This document shows, piece by piece, positions 1-9,816 of a stretch of 64,000 bases of DNA. The DNA comes from Candidatus Woesebacteria bacterium (GTDB lineage Bacteria; Patescibacteriota; Microgenomatia; UBA1400; UBA12028): assembly GCA_040006915.1 (NCBI GenBank), contig JBDTWD010000005.1, forward strand, positions 23,394-87,393, given 5' to 3'. Position 1 is the stretch's first letter; each line of letters opens with the position of its first letter. Under the pieces are notes generated by a model, which made no database searches, had not been told where the DNA came from, and was given only the letters and a program-made list of their open reading frames with translations. The translations under genes and the position numbers were made by a program.

Positions 1-487
1 GTGTCGAAAGTGGAAGGGTAACATCCAAAGAGTCAAACAATTGCGAGAGTTGCGGGAGTAAGAAATAACTTACTCCTAAACCCACTATAGAGGCGGCTGT
101 CAGGACAATCGCAGGATACAGTAACACACCCTGGATTTTTTTTCGCGATTCATATTCTTTGCGTAGCTGTATGGCAAGATATCCGAGATTTGCATCCAGA
201 GTTCCCGATTCTTCACCAGTCTTAATTAGGCCGATATAGAGTGGATCAAAAACTTTTGGAAATTTGGCGATTGATTGACCGAGTGTATGCCCACCGGCTA
301 CCTCCAAGTACAGAGAAGAAAAAAGATCACGTAAGGCTTTGTTTTGGGTTTGATCACGTAATCCCGCCAACGCATCAGCTAAGGGAATCCCACTTTTGAT
401 CATGATGCTTAAATGTTTGGTAAACAGCAACTTATCTTTAAAGTCGATTCGATTGAAAATCGCAATATTTTGATTGAGTACACTCAT
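1..487 (-). CDS. pilC: Type IV pilus inner-membrane platform protein PilC/GspF (runs off left edge)
   Basis: Manual translation from ATG at 487: MSVLNQNIAIFNRIDFKDKLLFTKHLSIMIKSGIPLADAL...FDPLYIGLIKTGEESGTLD...LLYPAIVL, T2SSF motifs; directly downstream of pilB; absent from the ORF track because it has no stop in the window. Confidence 0.9.
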   Translation of the reverse strand, partial: MSVLNQNIAIFNRIDFKDKLLFTKHLSIMIKSGIPLADALAGLRDQTQNKALRDLFSSLYLEVAGGHTLGQSIAKFPKVFDPLYIGLIKTGEESGTLDANLGYLAIQLRKEYESRKKIQGVLLYPAIVLTAASIVGLGVSYFLLPQLSQLFDSLDVTLPLST

Positions 488-499
488 ACGTAGCTTTTT

Positions 500-2227
500 T
501 CAGGTTTTTGTTGCCCGCAAGACTTCTTCTAAGGTAGTAATGCCACGTTGTACTTTATCGATCCCATCTTCAAACATCGTGGTCATCCCCTCTTGCGCGG
601 CTTTTTGGGCGATAACGTCGGCACTGACTTTCTGATTGATAAGAAGAGAAATAGCGGGACTAATAACGAGCACTTCAAATACACCAATCCGTCCAACGTA
701 CCCAGTTTGGTTACAAACAGAACACCCTTTCCCGTGATACAAGCGAATTTCTGCTTCCGATCCGAAATATTTTTCAATCAGAGCTATATCGACATGTGAG
801 CGTAATTCTTCTCTCGGCATAGCAAAAGAAACTTTACATTTTTCACAAATTTTTCGAACCAGTCTCTGACCGATAACCAAGTTCACCGTCGACGAAACCA
901 GAAAGGGCTCAATATGCATGTCAATCAGTCGAGGTAATGTTGTCGCCGCATTACTGGTATGCAACGTGGACAAAACTAAATGTCCGGTCATGGCTGAATT
1001 GATCGCAATATCAGCTGTTTCATTGTCTCGGATTTCACCCACAAAAATAATGTCAGGATCCTGGCGCAAGATAGAACGTAATCCATCGGCAAAAGTTAAA
1101 TTTGTTTTTGGATTCACTTGAATCTGACCGATTCCATCGATGTCGTACTCTACTGGATTCTCAATAGTGGAGATGTTGCGTTCTCGAACATTTAAAATCT
1201 TCAAAATCGCATAGATACTTGTAGTCTTGCCTGATCCAGTTGGTCCTGTTGATAAAATCATTCCAAACGAACGCGTATAGCTGTGCCGTACTTTCTCCAA
1301 GTCTCGCTCAGACATTCCCAGATCCAAAAGTGAAAATTGGCGACTCTTTGAAGAAAGGAGTCGCATAACAACATTCTCTCCTTTAATCACTGGAACAATC
1401 GAGACGCGAATATCAATATCATCTTCTTCCAAACGGACTTGCAACTTTCCATCTTGGGCACTGAAATGTTCATCTGTCTTTAGTTTTGCAAGAACCTTGA
1501 TTCGTGACACAATTTGCGCATGAAAAGTTTTGGGTACATGTAAGACATCATGCATCACTCCATCAATACGGAAACGTACGACTGTATCGAGTTCCTGCGG
1601 CTCGATGTGAATGTCTGAAGCTTTACTGGTATAGGCATACTCAATGAATAGATCCACCACTTTGGACGCTGGTACTTCTTTTTGCAGTGAGGTTTTTGAT
1701 AATCGTATTTGATCGCTCACGAGTTCACTAAAGGTTTTTTGTAAGCCTTTTTTATAGAGTGATAAGGTCTCCTCAATATCTTTTCTCGTTGCAAAGTAGA
1801 TCTGAACACTCTCGCCAGTTTTTTTAGCAATAAAAGTCACTGGGATTTGAATTTCTGGATTAGACAGCGCAATTTTTATCCCTCGTTCATCTCTCCCAAA
1901 AACCATCAAGCTATGACGCTTCGCCAAAGACTCAGGGATGATATGTAAAAACTCATCGGGGATAGAAATTTTTGATAAGACCACAAATGGAAGTTTCAGA
2001 TGGTCAGCAATGAGCTTGCCTAAATTTTCATCTGCAATCAAATCTTGCCTCAGCAATGTCTCATAAAGCGGTTGCTTGTTCGTCTTTGCAGCAGAATCTG
2101 CGTCTTGCAACTGTTTTTCCGATAGAGATCCGTTCTCTAAAAGGAGCCTATACAATGTTTGATCATCAACACCGTTGTATCGTTCAATTTTGCGTGGAAG
2201 TTCGTCTGTTGGAGTGGCCAGTGGCAT
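500..2227 (-). CDS. pilB: Type IV pilus assembly ATPase PilB/GspE
   Basis: ASDIHIEP, RFRIDGV, Walker A GPTGSGKTT, LRQDPDIIFVGEIRD, TGHLVLSTLH, CxxC...CxxC; ATG 2227 preferred over track start 2236. Confidence 0.93.
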   Translation of the reverse strand: MPLATPTDELPRKIERYNGVDDQTLYRLLLENGSLSEKQLQDADSAAKTNKQPLYETLLRQDLIADENLGKLIADHLKLPFVVLSKISIPDEFLHIIPESLAKRHSLMVFGRDERGIKIALSNPEIQIPVTFIAKKTGESVQIYFATRKDIEETLSLYKKGLQKTFSELVSDQIRLSKTSLQKEVPASKVVDLFIEYAYTSKASDIHIEPQELDTVVRFRIDGVMHDVLHVPKTFHAQIVSRIKVLAKLKTDEHFSAQDGKLQVRLEEDDIDIRVSIVPVIKGENVVMRLLSSKSRQFSLLDLGMSERDLEKVRHSYTRSFGMILSTGPTGSGKTTSIYAILKILNVRERNISTIENPVEYDIDGIGQIQVNPKTNLTFADGLRSILRQDPDIIFVGEIRDNETADIAINSAMTGHLVLSTLHTSNAATTLPRLIDMHIEPFLVSSTVNLVIGQRLVRKICEKCKVSFAMPREELRSHVDIALIEKYFGSEAEIRLYHGKGCSVCNQTGYVGRIGVFEVLVISPAISLLINQKVSADVIAQKAAQEGMTTMFEDGIDKVQRGITTLEEVLRATKT

Positions 2228-2253
2228 ACTATCCACTGTAACACATTGGTAAC

Positions 2254-2622
2254 TTATCCGTGAAGTTTAGCTTTGATTTTTTCAACGATTTCATCCAAAG
2301 AAACATCGCTTTTAATGATAAAGTCAGTTGCACCCATTGCCAGAGCTTTCTCAATATCTTCTTTCTGTCCGAGATTAGAGGCAACGATGACAGGAATGCC
2401 ATTCAATTTCTGATCTACTTTCAACTTTGCTAAAACCGCAAAGCCATCCATGGCCGGCATAACCAGGTCAAGCAAGATTAAATCTGGAATTTGTGATTGC
2501 ATTACCAGGAGAGCTTCATTTCCATCAGACGCAATTAGCACTTCAAATCCAGCTTTTGTGAATTTTACTTTATAAGCATTTGATAAGAATTTGTCGTCTT
2601 CAACGACCAATATTTTAGGCAT
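2254..2622 (-). CDS. Single-domain response regulator (CheY-like receiver)
   Basis: ILVVEDD, DLILLDLVMPAMDG, IIK; no output domain. Confidence 0.92.
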   Translation of the reverse strand: MPKILVVEDDKFLSNAYKVKFTKAGFEVLIASDGNEALLVMQSQIPDLILLDLVMPAMDGFAVLAKLKVDQKLNGIPVIVASNLGQKEDIEKALAMGATDFIIKSDVSLDEIVEKIKAKLHG

Positions 2623-3013
2623 GAGAGGTTTCTTCTATAAGTCCACTGATCATAGGAATAATTTCATCTAAACGATGTTCGGCTTTCAAAATGTATTTTT
2701 TAGCCCCTAACGTCAGCATATTTTTCACTTTGTCTGGACTGGCTGAGTTACTGACTACCATGACGGGTATATTCTCCCACTTCGAACTTTCCTTTATTTT
2801 TTGGAGGAACTCTAAACCGTTCATATCTTTTAAGTAGTAATCAAGCCAAATCGCATTGGGAATCTCATCAATATTCTCCAAGTAGTCCAAAGCCTGCTTT
2901 CCACTGGAACAAGAAAGGACATTAAAATTTGAAAGTTCTAATTTTTTGGTAATTGCATGAAGAAGAAGGTTCTCATCTTCAACAACCATGATCGTCGAAA
3001 TACTTTGCGACAT
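2615..3013 (-). CDS. Single-domain response regulator (CheY-like receiver)
   Basis: MVVEDE, WLDYYLKDMNG, YILK; overlaps the next gene. Confidence 0.9.
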   Translation of the reverse strand: MSQSISTIMVVEDENLLLHAITKKLELSNFNVLSCSSGKQALDYLENIDEIPNAIWLDYYLKDMNGLEFLQKIKESSKWENIPVMVVSNSASPDKVKNMLTLGAKKYILKAEHRLDEIIPMISGLIEETSHA

Positions 3014-3038
3014 AGGCTCACTCTAACACAAGAGTTTA

Positions 3039-5306
3039 TCAAACATCAAGAGCAACCTCTCCTACTTTGGCTGGAGTTCCCGACACAGGTAAGCTAAACC
3101 AAAATGTGGTCCCGTGTTTTTCTTTTGGAACATCCACTTCGTCTTTTGTATGACTCTCGAACCAAATCTTTCCTTGCGATGATTCTACGATCGCTTTTAC
3201 TAAATACAGTCCTAAGCCAGTTCCTTCAGTTTCAATTTTTCTCACATTATCAGCACGGAAAAACCGTTGGAAAAGACGAGACTGCTGCGCTCTTGGTATA
3301 CCGTATCCGTTATCACTGACCTGCGAAATGATCTCTTCGCCTTTGCGGGAGATAAAGACAGTAATATCCCCATCTGCTGGTGTATATTTAATCGCGTTGG
3401 TTAACAAGTTCAGATATACCTGACCTATCAACTTCGGATCGATATTTACCAGTGGGAGATCTTCGTGCACGCTGATCACAAGGTTTTGCTTTTTTTCTTC
3501 CAGTTTTCCTTTCAAATCATTCACGATCTCTTTCACTAATTCTTTCAAATCCGTTGGCTTTGGATCAACGATAATTCTGCCTGATTCTATGCGCGAAATA
3601 TTTAAAAGTGAGTTAACTAATTGAATCATTCGTTCCGTTGATGCTGAAATATTTTTAACAAAATCATTTTGTTCGGTCTCAAGTTTTCCGGCATCTCCGG
3701 CCAGAAGCATTTCTGTAAACCATTTAATTGCTGACAATGGAGTACGCAATTGATGAGACGCAAGTGAAATGAATTCTGTCTTCATTCGATCAATTTCACG
3801 TTCTTTCGTCACATCATGGAAAATTGAAACGGCACCAATTATTTGACCTGCTTTGACGACCGGACTTGAAGTAATATGAATTACTTTTTTTACTCCTCCT
3901 GGACGAATCTCATAGGTTCCTTCGGCCTGTTTTCCGGTGCGCAGCACAATAGATCCAGATCTGTTTTCCGGCAAGATGACATTGCCGTCTATACCATAGT
4001 AGATGTAGGCATCAAACACTTTTTTCCCTACAACGTCCTGATCTTGCAGACCCAGAATTGCAATCAACGATTTGTTTACTTTCAAAATTTCATTTTCAGT
4101 ATTCACTGCCACCATCCCTTCTCCAATACTGGAGAGAATCGCTTCATCTTGGGCATTCGCGTCCAATAGCTCTGCTGTTTTCTCTTGTACTTTCTGTTCC
4201 AATTTCCCATTAAGGTCTTGGAGTGTATCTGCCATATAATCGAAGGCCATAGCCAGTCTTCCGATCTCGTCTCTAGAGGTAACCTTGGCTCGTCGGTTCA
4301 AATCACCTTGAGAAATCTGGATGGCAACGGCCGTAAGGTCATTGATCGGTTTGAGAAATTGAATGAAAAGAAATATAACTGTAGATCCAGAAAGTACCGT
4401 GACGGAAATAATCAATGCCGCAACCTTAAGCGCTGCTGCTACGGCTGGAGCGAAAGCCACCGAAGATGGTTGTTCAATTAACAACACCCACTTATTTCCT
4501 TCATAGGAGAGAAACCCTTTCTCAGTTACCGCAGAACTGAGAGTCTCTATGGTGCTATCAACACTGGTCGTTAGTTCAGAACTCTCTTTCCCTGCTAAAA
4601 CATTCTTCACATTCGAATGTTCTCGATTATTTACCACCAAGATCGCCTCTGGATCATCGTTATTAGCAATTTCTAACCCCTGATGATTATAGATATCTAC
4701 AATGGGACCATGAATGGTATTGAGCACTTCAGAAACTCTAGACCAGGAAAGGTCGGCAACAATCACTCCAATAATTGGTTTCTCTGGATCAAGAATACTT
4801 CGAACCGGGACAGCAAAGTGCATGGTCGGCGTATTTTTTGTGCCTTCTTTTGGTACCACGTCTGAATAATAGACAGAGCCGCTCAAAGCTACAGTAAAAG
4901 CGGCTGTATGTCCAACTTCATTCACAACTTGGGTTCCTATACGCTGAGGATCAGCTGAATACCGAATAACCCCATCAATTCCGATTAAATGAATGTCATC
5001 CCAAGGGCCACTCAGAGACCGCAATTCGCCCACTCGTTTCGAAAGGCTCGAAGAGCCTGAAGCCCCTGGAGTCGAAAGAAAAGTGGTGATCGTTTCATCA
5101 CCAGCCATTGATTGAATATCCAAATACCGTTCATACAGCACGCGATCAACTTTTTCCATAGTCTGACGAGCGAGCTGTTGCTGTTCAGTCTCAATGGACT
5201 GAACCAGGGAAGATTTTACGAGCGCATATGTCGCATATACGAGAAATGATCCTCCGACTAGAACTCCAATTAAAAGACCAAGAATGAATTTATAAATAAG
5301 TTTCAT
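3039..5306 (-). CDS. Sensor histidine kinase (TM, Cache-like, TM, HAMP, PAS, HisKA, HATPase)
   Basis: Two TM segments flanking a large extracytoplasmic region; HAMP (DEIGRLAMAFDYM); H-box SHQLRTPL; NLLTNAIKYT; DNGYGI; GTGLGL. Confidence 0.93.
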   Translation of the reverse strand: MKLIYKFILGLLIGVLVGGSFLVYATYALVKSSLVQSIETEQQQLARQTMEKVDRVLYERYLDIQSMAGDETITTFLSTPGASGSSSLSKRVGELRSLSGPWDDIHLIGIDGVIRYSADPQRIGTQVVNEVGHTAAFTVALSGSVYYSDVVPKEGTKNTPTMHFAVPVRSILDPEKPIIGVIVADLSWSRVSEVLNTIHGPIVDIYNHQGLEIANNDDPEAILVVNNREHSNVKNVLAGKESSELTTSVDSTIETLSSAVTEKGFLSYEGNKWVLLIEQPSSVAFAPAVAAALKVAALIISVTVLSGSTVIFLFIQFLKPINDLTAVAIQISQGDLNRRAKVTSRDEIGRLAMAFDYMADTLQDLNGKLEQKVQEKTAELLDANAQDEAILSSIGEGMVAVNTENEILKVNKSLIAILGLQDQDVVGKKVFDAYIYYGIDGNVILPENRSGSIVLRTGKQAEGTYEIRPGGVKKVIHITSSPVVKAGQIIGAVSIFHDVTKEREIDRMKTEFISLASHQLRTPLSAIKWFTEMLLAGDAGKLETEQNDFVKNISASTERMIQLVNSLLNISRIESGRIIVDPKPTDLKELVKEIVNDLKGKLEEKKQNLVISVHEDLPLVNIDPKLIGQVYLNLLTNAIKYTPADGDITVFISRKGEEIISQVSDNGYGIPRAQQSRLFQRFFRADNVRKIETEGTGLGLYLVKAIVESSQGKIWFESHTKDEVDVPKEKHGTTFWFSLPVSGTPAKVGEVALDV

Positions 5307-5312
5307 AGAGTT

Positions 5313-6632
5313 TTAGCTCTGTGCATTCAGAGGTAAGCTAAACCAAAAGGTAGACCCTTTCCCCTCTTCACTTTCAAATCCGACTTTCCCTCCACAAGCT
5401 TCCACGATCTCTTTGGTGAGATAGAGACCTAATCCTGTCCCTTCTGTATCTATGGAGATGATGTTTTCACCCCGGAAAAATCGAGTGAACACTCTGTGCT
5501 GCATATCCTTGGGGATTCCATACCCCGTATCTTTGAGGGTAGAAACGATATCTGTCGGCGTGGCGCTAATTTGTAAAGTGACATGTCCTCCCTGTGGGGT
5601 ATATTTTAAAGAGTTGCTTAAAAAGTTGACATATGCTTGTTGAATCAGTTTTCTGTCAGTCAAAATAGAGGGAAGGTTCTCGTCTTTGGTAAAGACAAAG
5701 TGAATAGATTTTGCCTGAAAACGCGCAGACATCTCTGCGATGACTTCATCTGCTAGGGTATTCAGATTTGTTGTTTCCGGATGGATTTTAAGTTCTCTGG
5801 CTCCAAGGCGTGAGATATTTAAGAGCGCATCTAAAATAACTCCCATACGATCATTTGACCCTCTCACTTGTGAAAGCATTTTCTGTTGTTTTGGCGAAAG
5901 ATTCTGTACATCCTCATCTTCTAGTAATTCCAAAAGCCAACGCATCTCTGTTAATGGGGTTCGTAACTGATGCGAAGCCAAAGTGATAAACTCCGTCTTC
6001 ATGTGTTCAACTTCTTTTTCCTTCGAAAGAACCGCAGTACTTTGTTCATTTATTGTTTCGTAAATATAAATAAGAACCGTCGATACAAATAAACTTACTG
6101 AGAGTTGACGCAGCACTATGTCTGGATACGGAGTCACGATCGAACCTAAAGATTGGAGTATCCAGGTGCTCAACAGAAGGAAAAAAACCATACTGATCCA
6201 GATAAATCCATCCGCAGCTCCTTCCAAGAAGAATGCTAAAACCGGAAAAGTAAAAAACCAAAAGACTCCAGTATTCGCAATTCCCCCCGTAAAGAGAAGG
6301 ACGGAAAGAACTACGATCATTAAGGTCAGAAGCACTGCAATCGCGGTGTGGAGATGCTTGGTCATGCGCAAAGCAACCACATTCACTAGTCCTAACATCG
6401 CAATGATCACCTCAATGGCTCCGGGTATAACAGCGGCTTCTCGGATATTAATAATCCCGAATAGCAGCAACATACTGCAACCTATGAGAGAGAAAATATT
6501 TAAGAAACGAATTCGACGAGTGCTCAACAGGTCTTCATTGTAGACACCGCCTAACACGTACGAATTCCATAGTGTAGAAAAAAAATGTGGTTTCACTGAT
6601 TCCAGAATAGACTGATTTGTAACCCCATGCAA
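5313..6632 (-). CDS. Multi-TM sensor histidine kinase (start uncertain)
   Basis: About 6 hydrophobic helices, then SHQLRTPL, NFLSNSLKYT, DTGYGI, GTGLGL, GKGSTFWF. Confidence 0.9.
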   Translation of the reverse strand: MHGVTNQSILESVKPHFFSTLWNSYVLGGVYNEDLLSTRRIRFLNIFSLIGCSMLLLFGIINIREAAVIPGAIEVIIAMLGLVNVVALRMTKHLHTAIAVLLTLMIVVLSVLLFTGGIANTGVFWFFTFPVLAFFLEGAADGFIWISMVFFLLLSTWILQSLGSIVTPYPDIVLRQLSVSLFVSTVLIYIYETINEQSTAVLSKEKEVEHMKTEFITLASHQLRTPLTEMRWLLELLEDEDVQNLSPKQQKMLSQVRGSNDRMGVILDALLNISRLGARELKIHPETTNLNTLADEVIAEMSARFQAKSIHFVFTKDENLPSILTDRKLIQQAYVNFLSNSLKYTPQGGHVTLQISATPTDIVSTLKDTGYGIPKDMQHRVFTRFFRGENIISIDTEGTGLGLYLTKEIVEACGGKVGFESEEGKGSTFWFSLPLNAQS

Positions 6633-6667
6633 ACCTTAAATCTCACTTTCCGTCGTATACTATACCC

Positions 6668-7138
6668 ATGCTCACCCGATCCCAGCTTCCTTCTATCCCT
6701 TTTACACAGGGTGCGTATAAAAAGCTTCAACAAGAGCTAGACCGTTTGACCAAACTTCGCGCTGAGGTAGTTATCAGACTTACGACAGCCAGGGAAATGG
6801 GAGATCTCTCAGAAAATGGGGCATATAAATATGCAAAACAAGAGCTTGGTGATATAGGCAGACAATTACGCCAGGTAAATTATCAACTGAAGTTTGGCCA
6901 TGTTGTTACGAGAGCCTCATCAAATAGTATTGATTTTGGCAGTACGGTGACCATAAAAAATGAATCACGAGAACTAACGTTTATGCTGGTCTCTCAATTT
7001 GAATCAAATCCTGCAGAAAACAAGCTTTCTACCGATAGCCCCATAGGTAGTGCTGTTGTAGGAAAAAAAGTTGGCGATACTGTCACCATTACGCTTCCTG
7101 CTGGGGAAACCGAATATACCATCACAAAGGTTTTATAA
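6668..7138 (+). CDS. greA: Transcription elongation factor GreA
   Basis: AREMGDLSENGAY, SPIGSAVVGKKVGD. Confidence 0.93.
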   Translation: MLTRSQLPSIPFTQGAYKKLQQELDRLTKLRAEVVIRLTTAREMGDLSENGAYKYAKQELGDIGRQLRQVNYQLKFGHVVTRASSNSIDFGSTVTIKNESRELTFMLVSQFESNPAENKLSTDSPIGSAVVGKKVGDTVTITLPAGETEYTITKVL

Positions 7139-7196
7139 GGGAATTTTCTCGTATTCAGAATCATTGCCTAAATTTCAAAGACAGAGCAGATGATAC

Positions 7197-7820
7197 TCAA
7201 ATACTCATGATTTTGTACCAGTCATCCTGTACCCAGAGATACTGATCATCGTTGAGTAAAACAATTTTATATCCTTTTGTATAACAATCTTTCATCGTTA
7301 GTTCATATTCTTTTTTAAAATGATCACTTCCCCAATGCGGGAAAACGACAACATCTGTCATGCCTATGCCTTTTTCATTTTTTAGTTCAGGTGACAGTGC
7401 AGGATCATCTAAGCTCCACGATATTCTGACATCAGGACCGGCTACCAAAGAACCGGCACTCGAACCAATGTAGATCATCCCGTCCTCGACTCTTTGTTTG
7501 AGATATTCAGCACAATTGCTGCGCTGTATTTCTTGTAACAAAAAATAAGTATTCCCTCCAGACATTAAAACTGCATCAACTGGATCTAAAGCTGCTTTTA
7601 CTTCTTCAACGGTTTTATTCGTAACTGAAAAATCTCTCACATCAAATCCCACATCAACGAGCGCTTTACGGTCCGCATGAAGCCAACTTAAGCTCCCAGA
7701 CTCCACTTCTGCCGCTGTGGGTATAAACGCTAACTTCATACCTTTTTTAAAGGTAGGGATATGTTTAATCACATCATGCATCACATCGTAATTGCTGGAC
7801 GTTAAAAACAGATTCTTCAT
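7197..7820 (-). CDS. Peptidase E / S51 family (class I glutamine amidotransferase-like)
   Basis: FIPTAA, SGGNTYFLL, YIGSSAGS, FPH; ATG 7820 chosen to avoid overlap. Confidence 0.85.
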   Translation of the reverse strand: MKNLFLTSSNYDVMHDVIKHIPTFKKGMKLAFIPTAAEVESGSLSWLHADRKALVDVGFDVRDFSVTNKTVEEVKAALDPVDAVLMSGGNTYFLLQEIQRSNCAEYLKQRVEDGMIYIGSSAGSLVAGPDVRISWSLDDPALSPELKNEKGIGMTDVVVFPHWGSDHFKKEYELTMKDCYTKGYKIVLLNDDQYLWVQDDWYKIMSI

Positions 7821-7825
7821 AGAAG

Positions 7826-8212
7826 TTATTTCTTGATATCTTGCCACAGACCTATTTCATTCCCCTCACTGTCGGTTAAACGTGCGTTCCAACCCATATC
7901 ACCAACTTTGACTTTGGCTTCTGTGATTACGCCACCCATACTCTGAATTTTCGCAATCGTGGCATCTATATCTTCAACACTCATGGTGACGACGGTAGCT
8001 TTCATTTTTGGATCCTGAGTGAGCGCTCCATTAATTTGACCTGGAGTTTGCGGAGAGCGCGTCTCCGGATTGGTTACGCTGGTCGTCGCCATCACATACG
8101 GAACCGTACTGCCTGGATATCCTTCAAGTTTCCAATCAAAAACATCTTGGTAGAATTTTTTCGCTCGTTCAATATCTTGTACCGGGATTTCAAAGTGAAC
8201 TACGGGATTCAT
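7826..8212 (-). CDS. VOC/glyoxalase family protein
   Basis: VVHFEIPV..ERAKKFY..VFDW, DSEGNEIGLW. Confidence 0.9.
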   Translation of the reverse strand: MNPVVHFEIPVQDIERAKKFYQDVFDWKLEGYPGSTVPYVMATTSVTNPETRSPQTPGQINGALTQDPKMKATVVTMSVEDIDATIAKIQSMGGVITEAKVKVGDMGWNARLTDSEGNEIGLWQDIKK

Positions 8213-8221
8213 AATTTCTCC

Positions 8222-8665
8222 TTATTTCCAACGATTAGAACTCGTATATTGTATATCAATTTTTTCGATTTCATCTTTTTTTAGTGCGTCAATACACAAC
8301 GGAATCATCCACTGTAAATTGTGTTTTGTCTCTTCTGGTAGCGCATGAATCGGGAACCAGGCTACTTTCTCATCAGTCATTGTCTGGGCTGTATCAGCAT
8401 CGCCAAGATATACTGCAGTGAGAATGTCCATTTCCCATTCTTCTCCATGTACTTTGCCTATATCTCGCCAAGTTAGCGCACTAATTCGGAGTTGTGATTC
8501 TTCCTCAACTTCTCGGGCAATGCATTCTTGCGCATTCTCGCCTATCTCATATTTCCCACCCAAACCGTTCCATTTTCCTGCTTGGGACGCAGGATGTTCT
8601 TTATGAATGAGCAACACCCGTGAAAAATCAGTAGTAAAAACAAAACCAAGTGTCCAACGTTTCAT
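8222..8665 (-). CDS. NUDIX hydrolase (MutT-like)
   Basis: Nudix box GGKYEIGENAQECIAREVEEES. Confidence 0.9.
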   Translation of the reverse strand: MKRWTLGFVFTTDFSRVLLIHKEHPASQAGKWNGLGGKYEIGENAQECIAREVEEESQLRISALTWRDIGKVHGEEWEMDILTAVYLGDADTAQTMTDEKVAWFPIHALPEETKHNLQWMIPLCIDALKKDEIEKIDIQYTSSNRWK

Positions 8666-8724
8666 GTTTTTGATCTTACACTATTCTGAATTATTTTCAG
8701 TTGGTTTCCAAAGTTGAAAATATT

Positions 8725-8946
8725 TTAAACCACGCCCGAAGTATCTTTTCTCGATTCTACAGGTTTTTTAGGTTTCTTCCGAACTTTCCCTGAGACAACA
8801 CCACCAGCGTGTCCGGCTATTCTTGCCTCCTTTGACGAAAACTCATGCGCAGTTCCCTTTTTATGGGCAGCGATTCCCCCCATTTTGGCAATTTTCCGTC
8901 TCTTCTCCTCATTCATACTTCCAAACCCACGGGTACTTGAACTCAT
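8725..8946 (-). CDS. KGG-repeat general stress protein (YciG/GsiB/Con-10-like)
   Basis: RGFGSMNEEKRRKIAKMGGIAAHKKGTAHEFSSKEARIAG; GGAG SD before ATG 8946. Confidence 0.85.
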   Translation of the reverse strand: MSSSTRGFGSMNEEKRRKIAKMGGIAAHKKGTAHEFSSKEARIAGHAGGVVSGKVRKKPKKPVESRKDTSGVV

Positions 8947-8971
8947 ACTATCTCCAAAGTGTATTGACAAA

Positions 8972-8993
8972 TAAAACTACCCTTTAAGGGTAG
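8972..8993 (-). terminator. Possible intrinsic terminator hairpin between the cofE-like and KGG genes
   Basis: Minus strand CTACCCT-TAA-AGGGTAG followed by TTTTATTT. Confidence 0.45.
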
Positions 8994-9043
8994 GAAAAGT
9001 CCATAATAAATGATGGGCAGCAGGGTAAGAAGTATGCAAGAAC

Positions 9044-9781
9044 CTACGAAATTTTTTTCTTCCAGTCAACAGCCGTCAAAAGCGGAGCAAAAATATCTTC
9101 TTCCATAGAAATTGAAAGTTGTTGCAGTTCCTCCTTTGTCGGATTTCGATCTTGAAAATGCACAAACGGAACCTGTTCGATTGTGGCAAGAGGAGTACAC
9201 TCATCTCCTTCTCCCATACAGACAACGGCAGCCGCTGCCAAACCCTCGGCAATATTACTGTTGGTGACTTTCAGTTTTCGCCCAAAGATATCAGGCTTGC
9301 CAATATAGCTATTCAAGGCTTCAAATCCGCTATGGCCCAGAGAAATTCCCACTGTTCCCCAGCGTAACGGCGTGACATGACTATCAGTAATAAGTACTCC
9401 TACTTCTTTCAGAGAAAAACGCGTACAGAGGTAAGTACGAATTTCGTTGGCCGATTTTTGTACATCTTTTGGCCATAATACGTACTGACCATCTCCATTC
9501 GATAAATCGATTCCTGCCGAGGCAATCATCGTATTGTTTTTGATTGTCATGTGAAAACCATACGGATTTTTGTCTGCTACATAAAAATCAGCTTCGGACG
9601 CTACTAACTTATCCCTATCTGCATCTCCACTCACAACGTTTCCTTCACACAATGAAACAATCTTTGAAGTGATAACTAAAACTTCACGCTCATGAAAATC
9701 AGAGATATATGTATCTATCAACACAATAAGTGTTCGTTCGTTGGCGCGAATAGGAGTGGTTTTAATCGGTGTTACAATCAT
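9044..9781 (-). CDS. CofE-family gamma-glutamyl ligase (F420-0 ligase fold; possibly folate polyglutamylation)
   Basis: VITSKIVSLCEG, SAGIDLSN, ITDSHVTPLRWG, DIFGRKL, MGEGDECTPL. Confidence 0.85.
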   Translation of the reverse strand: MIVTPIKTTPIRANERTLIVLIDTYISDFHEREVLVITSKIVSLCEGNVVSGDADRDKLVASEADFYVADKNPYGFHMTIKNNTMIASAGIDLSNGDGQYVLWPKDVQKSANEIRTYLCTRFSLKEVGVLITDSHVTPLRWGTVGISLGHSGFEALNSYIGKPDIFGRKLKVTNSNIAEGLAAAAVVCMGEGDECTPLATIEQVPFVHFQDRNPTKEELQQLSISMEEDIFAPLLTAVDWKKKIS

Positions 9782-9816
9782 AGGTATATAGAGCATTGTA
9801 TCAAAAGGAGTTTCTC

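Noticed and set aside
8972-9030. A third attenuator before the KGG gene (uORF MDFSYP plus hairpin)
   Set aside because: The uORF has no codon bias and no convincing antiterminator; the hairpin can simply terminate the upstream gene
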